Notes: a model not told the origin generated them from the sequence alone. Counted from the first letter of the stretch, positions 29,796-39,737 are shown. The stretch is 64,000 nucleotides of DNA from Candidatus Latescibacterota bacterium (GCA_965222605.1 OZ244960.1:5664001-5728000); one strand, 5' to 3'. Numbers and translations are program-made.

Positions 29796-30470
29796 TCACA
29801 ATATCGAAATTGCGGCGTCGAGGCGGGGGAATATGCGGTCGGCTGTATCGTGGTTTTGATGTGCGGTAAAGAAATTGGGGATGGCGAAGACTGTCATGCC
29901 AGCGGCTTTTCCAGATTGTACGCCAGCCTCGCTGTCTTCAAATACAACACAGGTTTCGGGCAGGACATTGAGTTTTGAGGCGGTTTTGAGGTAGATTTCC
30001 GGATCGGGTTTGGTGCGGATGACATCGCTGCCCGAAAAAATGGCTCCAAAAATGTCGTGGAGCGCGTTGGCATTTATGTGGGGCAAGACGCCATTTTGAA
30101 GGGTCACGCGCATGCGCTGGCGCGGTGTGGATGATGCGATGCCGAGTTTGTAGTGTTTGTTTTGAAGGTGTGATAGCAGGTCGAGAAAGCCGGGCATGAG
30201 GTCGATTTGATCTGGGTCTGAGATCGCGGTTTCAAACCGGGTCATCCACGCTTCGTGGAAGTCTTCGGGGCGGATCGGCAAGTCGTAGCGTTTGACGGCA
30301 TCTGCGCTGTTGTTTTCCACGGGATGTCCAACACAGCGCACATAGCTCTCGCGCGGTATGTCAATCCCCAGTTCGTTGAGGGTCTGGTTATAGGTGTTAT
30401 AGTAAATATTTTCCGTATCGACAATCAGGCCGTCCATATCAAATATGACGGCCTGGTATGGTTTATACAT
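29796..30470 (-). CDS. HAD family phosphatase (beta-PGM/CbbY-like)
   Basis: FDMDGLIVDTE, ASS, KPDPEIY, VFEDSEAG. Confidence 0.92.
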   Translation of the reverse strand: MYKPYQAVIFDMDGLIVDTENIYYNTYNQTLNELGIDIPRESYVRCVGHPVENNSADAVKRYDLPIRPEDFHEAWMTRFETAISDPDQIDLMPGFLDLLSHLQNKHYKLGIASSTPRQRMRVTLQNGVLPHINANALHDIFGAIFSGSDVIRTKPDPEIYLKTASKLNVLPETCVVFEDSEAGVQSGKAAGMTVFAIPNFFTAHQNHDTADRIFPRLDAAISIL

Positions 30471-30523
30471 GGTTGCTCCACTTCTCGTGTGGTCATTGAA
30501 CTGGGATTGACACCTTTTCTGAT

Positions 30524-30853
30524 CTACTCAGGTGGATAAATCCGCACAGCCTGACCGAACCGAAGCTCTGATAGTATGCTCTCAAGTTCAGGCATTAACT
30601 TTAGCAAATCTTCGAGACGCTTGCTTGGAGCACGCAGGATCACCACTGATAGTTTGAACCTTTGAATAGATTGCTGGTCGGGGATATTGTTATCCATTGT
30701 CACGAGGACATCGAAATGCTCATGGGCAGCGTGCAGCAAAGCACCGTTTTTGAGTCCTTTCCAGCCTCGGTATTCGACCGTTTCGACATTCACCGTCTTT
30801 TGAAAATGAAATCTGAGCTGAATGGGTATATCCTCGTCAAGTAGTATTCGCAC
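30524..30853 (-). CDS. DUF5615 PIN-like toxin
   Basis: MRILLDEDIP, GWKGLKNGALL, FDVLVTMD; lies downstream of a DUF433 domain. Confidence 0.85.
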   Translation of the reverse strand: MRILLDEDIPIQLRFHFQKTVNVETVEYRGWKGLKNGALLHAAHEHFDVLVTMDNNIPDQQSIQRFKLSVVILRAPSKRLEDLLKLMPELESILSELRFGQAVRIYPPE

Positions 30854-32342
30854 TTTGTGTTCCCAAGTGATCCAGAGCTTTGAATGAGACTTCGAGATAG
30901 GACTCGACCTGCCAACGTGTGACAGTGGGAAAATCCTTTAGAAATTCTCCAATGTCATAATCCCCTTTGAGATAATCCACGAGCGTGTCAACGGGAACCC
31001 GAGTGCCCGAAAATACTAGATCTCCGCTGTGAATTTCAGGATCACGCGAGACAACGCGCTCCAGATCGTTAGAACTGGGTGCAGGTTGGAGGTTATGAAA
31101 ATTGGAAAAATCCCGTGCAACTCGGATATGTTGCGGCGTCAGAACCGGAAAATCGTCTAAAACCTCAACTTCGGTCATTCCCCCGGCCAAGTATTCCAAT
31201 ATGTCATAGACGGTAATTCGGGTACCCTTGAAGCAGGGCTTGCCACTGCGAACACCTGGACGGATCTCAATGTAGTCTTCGAAGCTCATTTTGCGATACT
31301 TTGCGACATTTTCTTTTAGCCAATTCCAGTCTTCAGTCTGTGTAACTTTAACGTAGTCTTCGAAGCTCATTTTGCGATACTTTGCGGCATCGCGCATGAT
31401 GTGATACCTTGCAGCATTCACCTCTGGACTATTCCAGTCTTTAGACTGTGCGGTTTTATTGTGTCTGTACTTGCGTATCCTCTGGGAGAAGCCTGCGGCA
31501 TCCGCGAGGACGATCCACTTTTTGTCATTGGTGGCCACGACGTGGTCATTATCAGTTGCGTAGAGAAAGAAATCAATATCCCCACTATCGTTTTTTTGAG
31601 GCAAAAGCCCTTCCGTCATCAGGCGGATCAAGTAGTGTGTGTATATGTGGGAATAGCACTCTATCTTGGTAATAGCATCGGTTAATTTATTTACTTTTTC
31701 TTTAGTAACTACACTGAGATCATTTTTGTCCGCTTTGGCAAAGGCACGCATCTGGCAGGCGGATATAACTTGGGCAAACCACTCTCTCGACTTCATTCCG
31801 TAGAGGAACTTTTTCTTTTCCTCGCCTCGTAGTTTCGGCACAGACGAAGACCGCTTTTTTGGATCTTTTGAGTACCACTCTCGAAATCCCGAGATGTTCT
31901 CCTCCATCAGGGGGATGAGGGAATCCACCCATGATTGCTCCCACATATCGCGCCAGGTCGCTACAAGTGGTACATCCAAGCTTCGTCTGACAAGAGCCTC
32001 GTAGTCCGGTACGCCTCTCCGAACTTCCTCAAGGTTCTGACCTGTCGCCAGAGCGCGGACAGCGTCGGAGTATGAGGATGGCGGTTCCGCCAACTCGTAA
32101 CCAAATACCATCGTCAGATGCGATTCAGGATCCGGAAGTTCGTCTATCCGATGCTCAATAATGACTTTAGCCGCTGCCTTTCGATCTTCATAAGACCTGT
32201 CATTGAGTTTAGATACCAACTCAATGATTGAGATGGGAGAGTAACAGAGGTGCTCTCCAGGTTGTCTGACATCCTCAATGCGGATGCGATTCAGTCCTAT
32301 GTCGTAAAGCACGTTCGTCTCAAGAATCACTGTCTTAGCCAT
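30837..32342 (-). CDS. fusion protein: PIN-like domain, repeated linker and two DUF433 domains
   Basis: ILETNVLY, SPISIIEL, NDSGDIDF, VATNDKKW; then RSGKPCFKGTRITVYDILEYLAGG and HSGDLVFSGTRVPVDTLVDYL; start ATG 32342 after GGAG. Confidence 0.75.
   Translation of the reverse strand: MAKTVILETNVLYDIGLNRIRIEDVRQPGEHLCYSPISIIELVSKLNDRSYEDRKAAAKVIIEHRIDELPDPESHLTMVFGYELAEPPSSYSDAVRALATGQNLEEVRRGVPDYEALVRRSLDVPLVATWRDMWEQSWVDSLIPLMEENISGFREWYSKDPKKRSSSVPKLRGEEKKKFLYGMKSREWFAQVISACQMRAFAKADKNDLSVVTKEKVNKLTDAITKIECYSHIYTHYLIRLMTEGLLPQKNDSGDIDFFLYATDNDHVVATNDKKWIVLADAAGFSQRIRKYRHNKTAQSKDWNSPEVNAARYHIMRDAAKYRKMSFEDYVKVTQTEDWNWLKENVAKYRKMSFEDYIEIRPGVRSGKPCFKGTRITVYDILEYLAGGMTEVEVLDDFPVLTPQHIRVARDFSNFHNLQPAPSSNDLERVVSRDPEIHSGDLVFSGTRVPVDTLVDYLKGDYDIGEFLKDFPTVTRWQVESYLEVSFKALDHLGTQSANTT
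31272..31386. repeat. 34-bp perfect direct repeat within the fusion gene (31272-31305 and 31353-31386)
   Basis: gtagtcttcgaagctcattttgcgatactttgcg occurs twice and encodes AKYRKMSFEDY. Confidence 0.95.
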
Positions 32343-32532
32343 GTTGTGCTCCTTTTCGTTCACCTTCACGACGCAGGTTTTTGTGGGGAGAGATGGTGCT
32401 TACCACACGACTGCAATCTTGTATTTCAGCGGCTTTCAAGCAGTCCATCAATTGGTTGAGGTTGCCACCACACTCTCCCATGAGTTTCTGCCTCGTCTGG
32501 TGAATTTCTTCAACAATGGGATCGCGTTTCAA
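32335..32532 (-). CDS. small antitoxin-like protein
   Basis: MKRDPIVEEIHQTRQKL N-terminus typical of small PIN partner proteins; its start overlaps the stop of the PIN remnant. Confidence 0.6.
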   Translation of the reverse strand: MKRDPIVEEIHQTRQKLMGECGGNLNQLMDCLKAAEIQDCSRVVSTISPHKNLRREGERKGAQHG

Positions 32533-32690
32533 AGTTCCCCTCCGGGCGTTTCCAAGAGTTCTTCTGGTATAACAATGATTGGGGTATGACGATGTAATTC
32601 CGAATTGATGTCCATGAGCCGACGAATGACTGCGCCATTAGCAATATGGGCACAATTTCATGTTACCAGATAATCCATTGTGTATGCAAT
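32529..32690 (-). pseudogene. C-terminal remnant of a PIN-domain toxin with an in-frame stop
   Basis: Reads MDYLVT*NCAHIANGAVIRRLMDINSELHRHTPIIVIPEELL; TGA at 32660-32658 replaces the W of the DYLxTWNCxHIAN motif. Confidence 0.75.
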
Positions 32691-32732
32691 AACAAAAGTG
32701 AAAACCCTTTACACCCCCGTCCGCTTAGACAA

Positions 32733-33782
32733 TTATTGCTGGTTTGAAAGGTACTCTTCAGGTTTCAAGACGATAATGCCCAACCTATCTTGTAGTTCAG
32801 AGGCAAAATGTAGAATTTTTTTATCCCATGTTAGAAAGTAATTTCTTCCATATCTATAGTGTGTGTGGACATGATCCCAATCTCGCCAATCTGGTCGACT
32901 CTTTTCGTTCATTAGATCGAATTTCTTGGTGAAGATAGGAGATTTTAAAAATTCCCTAAATTCATTGTTTCCCGCCACATCAATACCTGGCTTCCAGTGA
33001 CCGAACCGAATAACTGAACCGATCTTTTGAATGTTTAGACTCGGAAGTTCATTGATCCTGCCAGCCAAGGGTAAATCAGGAATATCGTCATGAATTCTGT
33101 CTGTCACTGCGAGATCAATCTCAAATTTTTTGCCAAGCTCTAGTAATTTGTTTACATGTTCAACTTTATCTCGATTCTCCAACCGTTCTCTTACCACGTT
33201 GGTATCAAGAGTTACAGTTGGTGGCTTAATACTATTATCTATCAACACATTGCCTTCTGACTCAACGTAGATAAGCATCTGTGCCCCATGAGGATCAGGG
33301 AGGTAGATGCCGATTTGGATATCTGGGCGGATCGTTTGGGATTTGGGGATAATTTCATTAATATTTTTTAGCAAACCGCGCTGTATTTCCTTCACAATTT
33401 TAGTCTTATCAAGTATTGAATCCAGTCTCGTGGTCTCAGTTGAAGGTAAAGTAAGAAGGCCATCTATTTCGGCAAGTGTGACAGGCCGACCTATCTGCTC
33501 TTCTATTTGGGAACAAAGCTCTTTCTCAACATGCGATTGTACTTGCTTAAGATATTCCTGTAGAATCCCTTGTGGAGGGAAGCTTCCTAAAACCATGGAG
33601 ATTTTGATTTCGGGAATTGCCTCAACTTTCAAGTCCATAAGTCGCGGATTTTGATCTCTGAGTTTTGCTAACAAATCTTGAATTGCTTCTTGAGATGAGG
33701 CTTCATATTCAGCCATATCCCTATCGAATTCTGCTTTGAACTCTTGTATTGGAAATGATATTGGAAATGATTTATCCATCAT
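32733..33782 (-). CDS. hypothetical protein with helical N-terminus and C-terminal PIN-like domain
   Basis: TLDTNV, D..D..HV, YFLTWD; ATG 33782 directly follows the upstream stop; AT-rich. Confidence 0.7.
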   Translation of the reverse strand: MMDKSFPISFPIQEFKAEFDRDMAEYEASSQEAIQDLLAKLRDQNPRLMDLKVEAIPEIKISMVLGSFPPQGILQEYLKQVQSHVEKELCSQIEEQIGRPVTLAEIDGLLTLPSTETTRLDSILDKTKIVKEIQRGLLKNINEIIPKSQTIRPDIQIGIYLPDPHGAQMLIYVESEGNVLIDNSIKPPTVTLDTNVVRERLENRDKVEHVNKLLELGKKFEIDLAVTDRIHDDIPDLPLAGRINELPSLNIQKIGSVIRFGHWKPGIDVAGNNEFREFLKSPIFTKKFDLMNEKSRPDWRDWDHVHTHYRYGRNYFLTWDKKILHFASELQDRLGIIVLKPEEYLSNQQ

Positions 33783-33783
33783 A

Positions 33784-34284
33784 TTATCCCAGATAAGCCC
33801 GAGGTTCATTGTCCGGTTCCAGAGCTTTCAGGTTTTTGTCTTTAGTCCAGATATGCACGCGCCAGCCTGGTCCTCGATATGTGGTGTTCTTGAGTCTGCG
33901 GGCTTCGTCGATTAAGGTGCTATCGCTTAAATCAATGCCCTGGATGACGTGATTATCGACAAAGCTCACGATCAGGTTTTTGAAGGTATCGAGTTGTTGA
34001 GAGGGGATGATCGTCCACGGCGCTCCCAGGTCGAGGCTCAATAGAACAGTATCTCGCACCTGTTCTGACAATGACCGACGTACGTTGCCGTTAGGGACAT
34101 CAGAGATGTGATTCGCTAATTCGTATATGGATGGTACAGTGACGAACAGACGTGCGCCACTTTTGGTAGCGGCGGCGATACGGCTTCTTATCTCATCTAT
34201 TGCTTCTTTAGTAGAGTAACCGGGAACGGCAAATATCTCCAGCAAATAACTCGTATCAATCACGTAAACTCGCGACAAATTCAT
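33784..34284 (-). CDS. PIN-domain protein
   Basis: VIDTSYLLE, SIYELANH, DLSDSTLI, IWTKDKNL; ATGA overlap with the ATPase. Confidence 0.75.
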   Translation of the reverse strand: MNLSRVYVIDTSYLLEIFAVPGYSTKEAIDEIRSRIAAATKSGARLFVTVPSIYELANHISDVPNGNVRRSLSEQVRDTVLLSLDLGAPWTIIPSQQLDTFKNLIVSFVDNHVIQGIDLSDSTLIDEARRLKNTTYRGPGWRVHIWTKDKNLKALEPDNEPRAYLG

Positions 34285-35561
34285 GCAAGAGCCTCAACCC
34301 ATTCCAGTACCTTTTGGCGTTGCCGTTCTTCAAACTCGGGCGCGAGATATTGCTCGATGACACGGCGCGATACGAGATCACCTAACTGTCCACGCTCGAG
34401 CAATTCATCGGATCTTGGCAAGCTGTCTAACTCGACAAGATCGGCGGCTTGCTTTTCCTCGCTCCAGGTACAAAGAACGACCCCTTTCATCTGCTCAGCA
34501 GTCAAATTGTTCATGGTAGCGGGATTATGCGTCGTAACAAGGACGCGGAGGTTACGCCGCTTAGTCGCTTCCACTATTGCAGAGGTGAGAACGCCCACCC
34601 GACTTGGATGAAGTCCATTATCAAACTCTTCCACAATAACATGCGAACCTTCCTGGACGGTCTCCAGGGCTGTCAGGATAGCGAGTGTTCGCAAGGTGCC
34701 GTCTGACAATAAACGGGCATCGACTTTGTAACCCGTTCTTTCGCGCAGACCGAAAATCACGTCGCCGAGATCCGTTGTCGTGAAGCGGAACTCTTCATAA
34801 GGCTCGTCTGGAATCTGACTTATTTGGAAGAGCAACCGATCTAACGAGGCTTTCTGTGTCTCGTCTCCAATGGAAAGCGAGTAAAGCACCGCCGATAGAT
34901 TCGCGCCATCTTTAGAGAGAATATTGTTCCCGATTCGCTCGTAGGTGTGCATTAATTTTGGATTTGGATCAAAGACAAAAGAAGCTTGCAAGTGGCGCAT
35001 GATTAATTGTACTAGCCCAACGCACTGCTTGAGGTTGCGATTTTTTCGTGCGATTTCTCGATACTGAGATAGGACGGAACGCTCTGACGAAGCCGTTGTT
35101 TGGGGTTTCTTTCCACCGCGGGCAAAGTTGTCATATATAACCTCTAAGTCGCGCGATGCTGACTTGGGGTCCTTAAGCAGCGTTTTATAGATTACGCGGT
35201 CACCAACTTTTAACTCTTCGTACTGTATTTGCGGATGCGGTTTAGTGCGAATGTGTACTCTATAGACAACTCGTTTGAGTGCACCATCGAACCTTACGGG
35301 AGCCCCAAACGCTAATGCAAAGACGTCTTGGCCCATATGACCACAAGCCTGAAGGCCCCCTCGAATCTGGAGACCGGTTTCGGCGCGACCAACGTCAGAA
35401 ATTTCATAGAGGGGCTGTCCTCGAGCGATAAAGGAAAGCAACTCGATTGCTTCGATGACGTTCGTCTTACCCGATCCGTTTGGTCCGATCAGCAGTATGA
35501 ATGGTCGCATCAGGTCAATGCCGACGCTGTCGAATCCTTTGAATTCAACGATGTGGTGCAT
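34281..35561 (-). CDS. ABC-type/AAA_21 (AbiEii-like) ATPase
   Basis: Walker A GPNGSGKT, signature LSDGTLR, Walker B IVEEFDNGLHP, H-loop TTHNP. Confidence 0.9.
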   Translation of the reverse strand: MHHIVEFKGFDSVGIDLMRPFILLIGPNGSGKTNVIEAIELLSFIARGQPLYEISDVGRAETGLQIRGGLQACGHMGQDVFALAFGAPVRFDGALKRVVYRVHIRTKPHPQIQYEELKVGDRVIYKTLLKDPKSASRDLEVIYDNFARGGKKPQTTASSERSVLSQYREIARKNRNLKQCVGLVQLIMRHLQASFVFDPNPKLMHTYERIGNNILSKDGANLSAVLYSLSIGDETQKASLDRLLFQISQIPDEPYEEFRFTTTDLGDVIFGLRERTGYKVDARLLSDGTLRTLAILTALETVQEGSHVIVEEFDNGLHPSRVGVLTSAIVEATKRRNLRVLVTTHNPATMNNLTAEQMKGVVLCTWSEEKQAADLVELDSLPRSDELLERGQLGDLVSRRVIEQYLAPEFEERQRQKVLEWVEALA

Positions 35562-35594
35562 GGAGTAAGCCTTTTGGTATGCATAGCATAACGC

Positions 35595-37520
35595 TCAATA
35601 TTCAACGGGTTCTCGCGCAACAACGCGCTGGGCAGTTGCTGCAATTGCTTCGGGTGAGATGCCCGCTTCGTCGCGCAGCGCGCCTTGTGAGCCGTGTTGG
35701 AAAAAGCGATCGGGAATGCCCAGGGTGTACACGCGCTGGCCCGCTCGCATCTGGTCGCTTAAATAACGCGCAACACCCGATCCAAATCCGCCTTCAATGG
35801 TATTCTCTTCAACGGTAATCAAAACCTGATAGCGGTCGGCCAGATCGTCGAGCATTTCCAGGTCCATGGGTTTGACAAATCGGCAATTGATCACAGCGGC
35901 AGAAATGCCTGCTTCCAGGAGTTTTTCGCGCGCCTGACAGGCGTGATCTACCATTGTGCCCACTGCGAGAAACGCCAGATCCTCACCATCTGCCAATGCC
36001 TCCCACGAACCGATTTTCAAGACTTCGGGATCGCGCCCTGTAAGCGGGATATGCACATTGCCGCGCGGATACCGAATGGCAAAGGGGTTATCGACTTGCT
36101 GAACTGCTGTGTATAGCAAATCGCGCAATTCATCGCCGTCTTTTGGCGCGGTTACGATCATATTGGGCACACAGGTTAGGTAGGACAGATCAAAATCGCC
36201 GTGATGCGTGGGGCCATCTGCACCCACCAGTCCGGCGCGGTCCATGCAGAAAATCACCGGTGCCGACTGCAGGGCCACATCGTGAATGATCTGGTCGTAA
36301 GCCCGTTGCAAGAATGTGGAATAAATCGCTGCGACGGGGCGCATGCCCTCGAGCGCCATTCCGGTTGAAAACGTCACGGCGTGCTGTTCGGCAATGCCGA
36401 CATCAAAAAAGCGGTCGGGATGCGCTTCGGAAAAAATATCCAGACTCGTGCCTTCGGACATCGCGGCTGTCACGCCTACAATGCGGCTGTCATTATTGGC
36501 AAGCTCGATCATTGCCTCGCCAAAAACCGTCTGATATTTGGGCAGCGGCGTTTTGGGCGATGGCGGGCTGATCGAATGGTATTTTATCGAATCGACACCA
36601 TACGGGTCTTCCTCTTCTTCTTGAATCGCGCCCTTGCCCTTGATGGTGTGGATGTGCAATAGCACCGGTCCCTTCAAATCCCGCACATTTTTCAGGGTTT
36701 TTACCATCTCTTCCAAATTATTGCCATCCAGAGGTCCCAGGTACAGAAATCCCAGTTCTTCAAAAAGAATGCCCGGAACTAACAGGCCCTTTAACCCCTC
36801 TTCGAATCCACTCAGTGCATGGCGCAAATTTGTGCCGACAACGGGAATGCGCCCGGCCAAATTCCAGATTTCTCTTTTGATTTTTTTGTAAAGCGGATCG
36901 TTTGTAATGCGATCTCTAAGGCGATTGTAAATCGGATCGGTAATAATGCGCGTCAAATAATGCGAAATAGCACCGACATTGGGCGAGATTGACATGCGAT
37001 TGTCATTGAGAATGACAAGCAAATCGCGGTTGGATGCACCGGCATTGTTCAGCCCCTCAAGCGAAATACCACTGGTCATGGCACCATCGCCAATAACGGC
37101 GACTACTTTGTGTTTTTCGCCCATCAAATCGCGCTGTGTCGCAAATCCCAATGCTGCGGAAATTGATGTGCCCGCATGTCCTACGGCAAATGTGTCGTAC
37201 GGGCTCTCTGTTCGCAGCGGGAAACCGCTGATGCCACCCGGCTGACGAATAGTCTTGAGTGCTTCGCGCCGTCCGGTAAGCACCTTGTGCCCGTAAGCCT
37301 GATGCCCCACATCCCACACAATTTTGTCCTGAGGCGTGTTGTATAGATGATGCAAAGCTACCGTTAATTCTGCAGCCCCCAGGCTGGATCCGAAATGTCC
37401 ACCTATCTCTGTCACTACGTCAATGATATATTGCCGCAATTCTGTACAGACTTGATGCAATTCTTCTATTGACAGGGACTTTAAGTCGTCAGGTGAATTG
37501 ATTGTTTCGAGAAGGGACAT
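35595..37520 (-). CDS. dxs: 1-deoxy-D-xylulose-5-phosphate synthase
   Basis: GGHFGSSLG, WDVGHQAY, GDGAMT..LNDN, DVGIAEQH, DRAGLVGADGPTH; start ATG 37520 after GGAG. Confidence 0.97.
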   Translation of the reverse strand: MSLLETINSPDDLKSLSIEELHQVCTELRQYIIDVVTEIGGHFGSSLGAAELTVALHHLYNTPQDKIVWDVGHQAYGHKVLTGRREALKTIRQPGGISGFPLRTESPYDTFAVGHAGTSISAALGFATQRDLMGEKHKVVAVIGDGAMTSGISLEGLNNAGASNRDLLVILNDNRMSISPNVGAISHYLTRIITDPIYNRLRDRITNDPLYKKIKREIWNLAGRIPVVGTNLRHALSGFEEGLKGLLVPGILFEELGFLYLGPLDGNNLEEMVKTLKNVRDLKGPVLLHIHTIKGKGAIQEEEEDPYGVDSIKYHSISPPSPKTPLPKYQTVFGEAMIELANNDSRIVGVTAAMSEGTSLDIFSEAHPDRFFDVGIAEQHAVTFSTGMALEGMRPVAAIYSTFLQRAYDQIIHDVALQSAPVIFCMDRAGLVGADGPTHHGDFDLSYLTCVPNMIVTAPKDGDELRDLLYTAVQQVDNPFAIRYPRGNVHIPLTGRDPEVLKIGSWEALADGEDLAFLAVGTMVDHACQAREKLLEAGISAAVINCRFVKPMDLEMLDDLADRYQVLITVEENTIEGGFGSGVARYLSDQMRAGQRVYTLGIPDRFFQHGSQGALRDEAGISPEAIAATAQRVVAREPVEY

Positions 37521-37619
37521 GATGTCTCTCCTTGTGACAGGGTCAGTAATGCTATTCGCAACACATATGCAATATAACCAACACCCCAAAAATCACAAAG
37601 TTCTAAAAAAAGAAACGAT

Positions 37620-37663
37620 AAATACAAAATCGGGCATGCGGAGTCATTCGATATGCCCGATTT
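37620..37663 (-). terminator. putative rho-independent terminator after the SDR gene
   Basis: 11-bp stem AAATCGGGCAT/ATGCCCGATTT followed by T-rich sequence on the minus strand. Confidence 0.55.
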
Positions 37664-37688
37664 GTCATTGTGCGACACCTTATCGCGC

Positions 37689-38468
37689 TCAAAAAGCCGT
37701 GGGTCTTCCCTGTGCGCCATCTACGGGAATGGACGCGCCATTGATCCAGCTCGCGCGGTCGGATGAGAGAAATACGACGACATCGGCGACTTCGAAGTCC
37801 GTGCCGAGTCGCTGTGCGGGAAATTCGCGCGTGCGGAATATTTCGTATTCTTCCGGCGTTTCGTTTTGGAAGCGCGCCCAACCGCCGCCGGGGAAAAGAA
37901 GCGAGCCCGGACAGATAGTGTTGACGCGGATGTTGTGCGCTGCCAATTCCCACGCAAGCGCGCCGGCGAGAAATATCTCAGCCGCTTTGGTTGCGCCGTA
38001 TTGCGCGCCTCTGTTTGCTGGTTTCCAGCCCGAGATGGAAGAGATGGTGACAATACTGCCGCCATTTCTTTTTTTCATGTGAGGAACAGCCGTGCGGCTG
38101 GCGCGAACCGCGTGAAAAAGGTTGAGGTCAAAGGTTTGCTGCCAATCGGCGTCTGTGGAGGTGAGCAGTTCGCGCGATCCCGCTGTGCCGCCCACATTGT
38201 TGACGAGGATATCAACGCCGCCGAGTGCATCTGCGGCTGCATTGACAAATCGCTCGGTTTCGCCGGGTTCGGCTACATCGAGCGCGAGTCCAAATACCTC
38301 GACATCGTGTGCGCGAATTTCTTCGAGAGTTTTGTCAATGCCCGCTTGCCCGCGCGCACACAAGGCGATATTGCAACCTTCTGCGGCAAATCGCAATGCA
38401 GTTGCCCGACCAATGCCGCGACTGCCCCCGGTGATGAGGGCGACTTTGTCGGTGAGATTGAGGTCCAT
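37689..38468 (-). CDS. SDR family oxidoreductase
   Basis: TGGSRGIG, NNVG, ISSISG, YGATK. Confidence 0.93.
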   Translation of the reverse strand: MDLNLTDKVALITGGSRGIGRATALRFAAEGCNIALCARGQAGIDKTLEEIRAHDVEVFGLALDVAEPGETERFVNAAADALGGVDILVNNVGGTAGSRELLTSTDADWQQTFDLNLFHAVRASRTAVPHMKKRNGGSIVTISSISGWKPANRGAQYGATKAAEIFLAGALAWELAAHNIRVNTICPGSLLFPGGGWARFQNETPEEYEIFRTREFPAQRLGTDFEVADVVVFLSSDRASWINGASIPVDGAQGRPTAF

Positions 38469-38479
38469 GATCAAATCCT

Positions 38480-39618
38480 TCAATCCTGTTCAACCTTCGG
38501 TGGGTTGGCAAAGTCGTGATAGCGCTCGCGGATATTGCCGTCGGTAGCGTCGCCTTTGTGGAAATAATAGCGATAAATGCCCACGAGCGACTCGCCCTGC
38601 GAGAGTGTGTGATGCCCGCGCTGGCTTTCATCGCCGTAGAAATGCGAGTGTCCAAAAGGGTTGGCTGTCATCAACCCGTAATTGCGTACGTGCCAGTGCG
38701 TGGGGTGTCGAAAGCTGTCGGGGTGATCCATGATCGCGACGCCTGTAATATTGCCATTTACCGGACCTGAGTAATGGCACCACGGCGCGCGTTTTCCCCA
38801 GGTTTCGTCCTCATCAATGCCGCCAATGCCATTTTCGATTTTGCCGCCCAGGTCGCGTTTGACTTCCATTGTTTCTTCCACCCGTATAGAGGCGAGACCG
38901 CCTTCTTTTGTGTCGCCGAATAACACATCCATATTTCGGGCGGTGAGCGTCAGGTACAAATCCATGATTCGCACGGAGGAGGGCGTGTTGTACACAATCC
39001 ACTCTGCGCGCTGATCCAAAATCTCGCGATTTCTGCCCGGAGGCCCTGTCCAACCATCCATGCCCACCCAGTCGCTATTCGATACAATTCGCCCCAATAC
39101 GGGGCCGCTTTCGAGCAATTCAAAGTCCCGATGCAAAATCCGCCCGTGAGATTCGCCTTCTGACCAGTTGTCTGCGCCATTCACTTCGCCGTGTGCAATC
39201 CAGACCGAGCGATGGTGGTGGTGATCCATTTCTCGCCCATCTGCTGGCGTAGCCAACCGTCGCGTTACCGGATCGCCATAAGGCCCAATTACGGGATATA
39301 AAAGCGGGCGGGCGAGTTCTTTGCCATGACAATAGGTCGTAAAATGTTGGCCTCCAAGCGATATAGACACTTCATTTTCACCTTGTGTGACTTCCACACC
39401 GCGCTCGCGACCTTTTGGTTCTTGTCCTATTGCAAGTTCGTATTCAGCGGTCTTTCCCGCTTCGAGATTATCACGGGCGTTATCTGACAGGGAACTTCTG
39501 CATCTCCCGTGCTCAAGGTCGCCGTTGTGGCGCTTTCTGGTGTTTCTACCATCGCCAAAACCGGACAGTTGATCCGATTGTGAGGGCCTGCGTGAACGGC
39601 CAGTTTTACTGTTGCCAT
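38480..39618 (-). pseudogene. DUF6807/PmoA-family protein, frameshifted near 39473
   Basis: GGAGG plus ATG 39618 gives MATVKLAVHAG...VPCQITP; the body (DNLEAG..., RPLLYPV, DHHHHRSVWIAHG, WHVRNYGLMTANPF) is in another frame. Confidence 0.7.
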
Positions 39619-39708
39619 TGTTATCCTCCGAAAAATTGATATAAGAATACATGTCGTGTATGAGGTTACGAAATCCATTGCCAAAGTCAAGCCTTTCGCA
39701 CAAAGCCG

Positions 39709-39737
39709 TTGACATACCCCATGGGGGCAATTATCAT
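39709..39737 (+). promoter_or_regulatory. sigma70 promoter TTGACA-N17-TATCAT with the palindrome CCCCATGGGG in the spacer
   Basis: Near-consensus hexamers 45 nt upstream of ATG 39782. Confidence 0.65.

Noticed and set aside
30358-30514. Short inverted match between the HAD leader (gaactgggattgaca) and its coding region
   Set aside because: About 15 nt with an indel; plausible by chance and no supporting structure
30471-35594. Search for a dxs 3'-end duplicate bounding the PIN island
   Set aside because: No convincing copy found by eye, so the 3'-end duplication model is not claimed for this island
38480-39730. PmoA-family label read as methane monooxygenase
   Set aside because: Soluble DUF6807-type protein with no pmoCAB context; the label is a known misnomer
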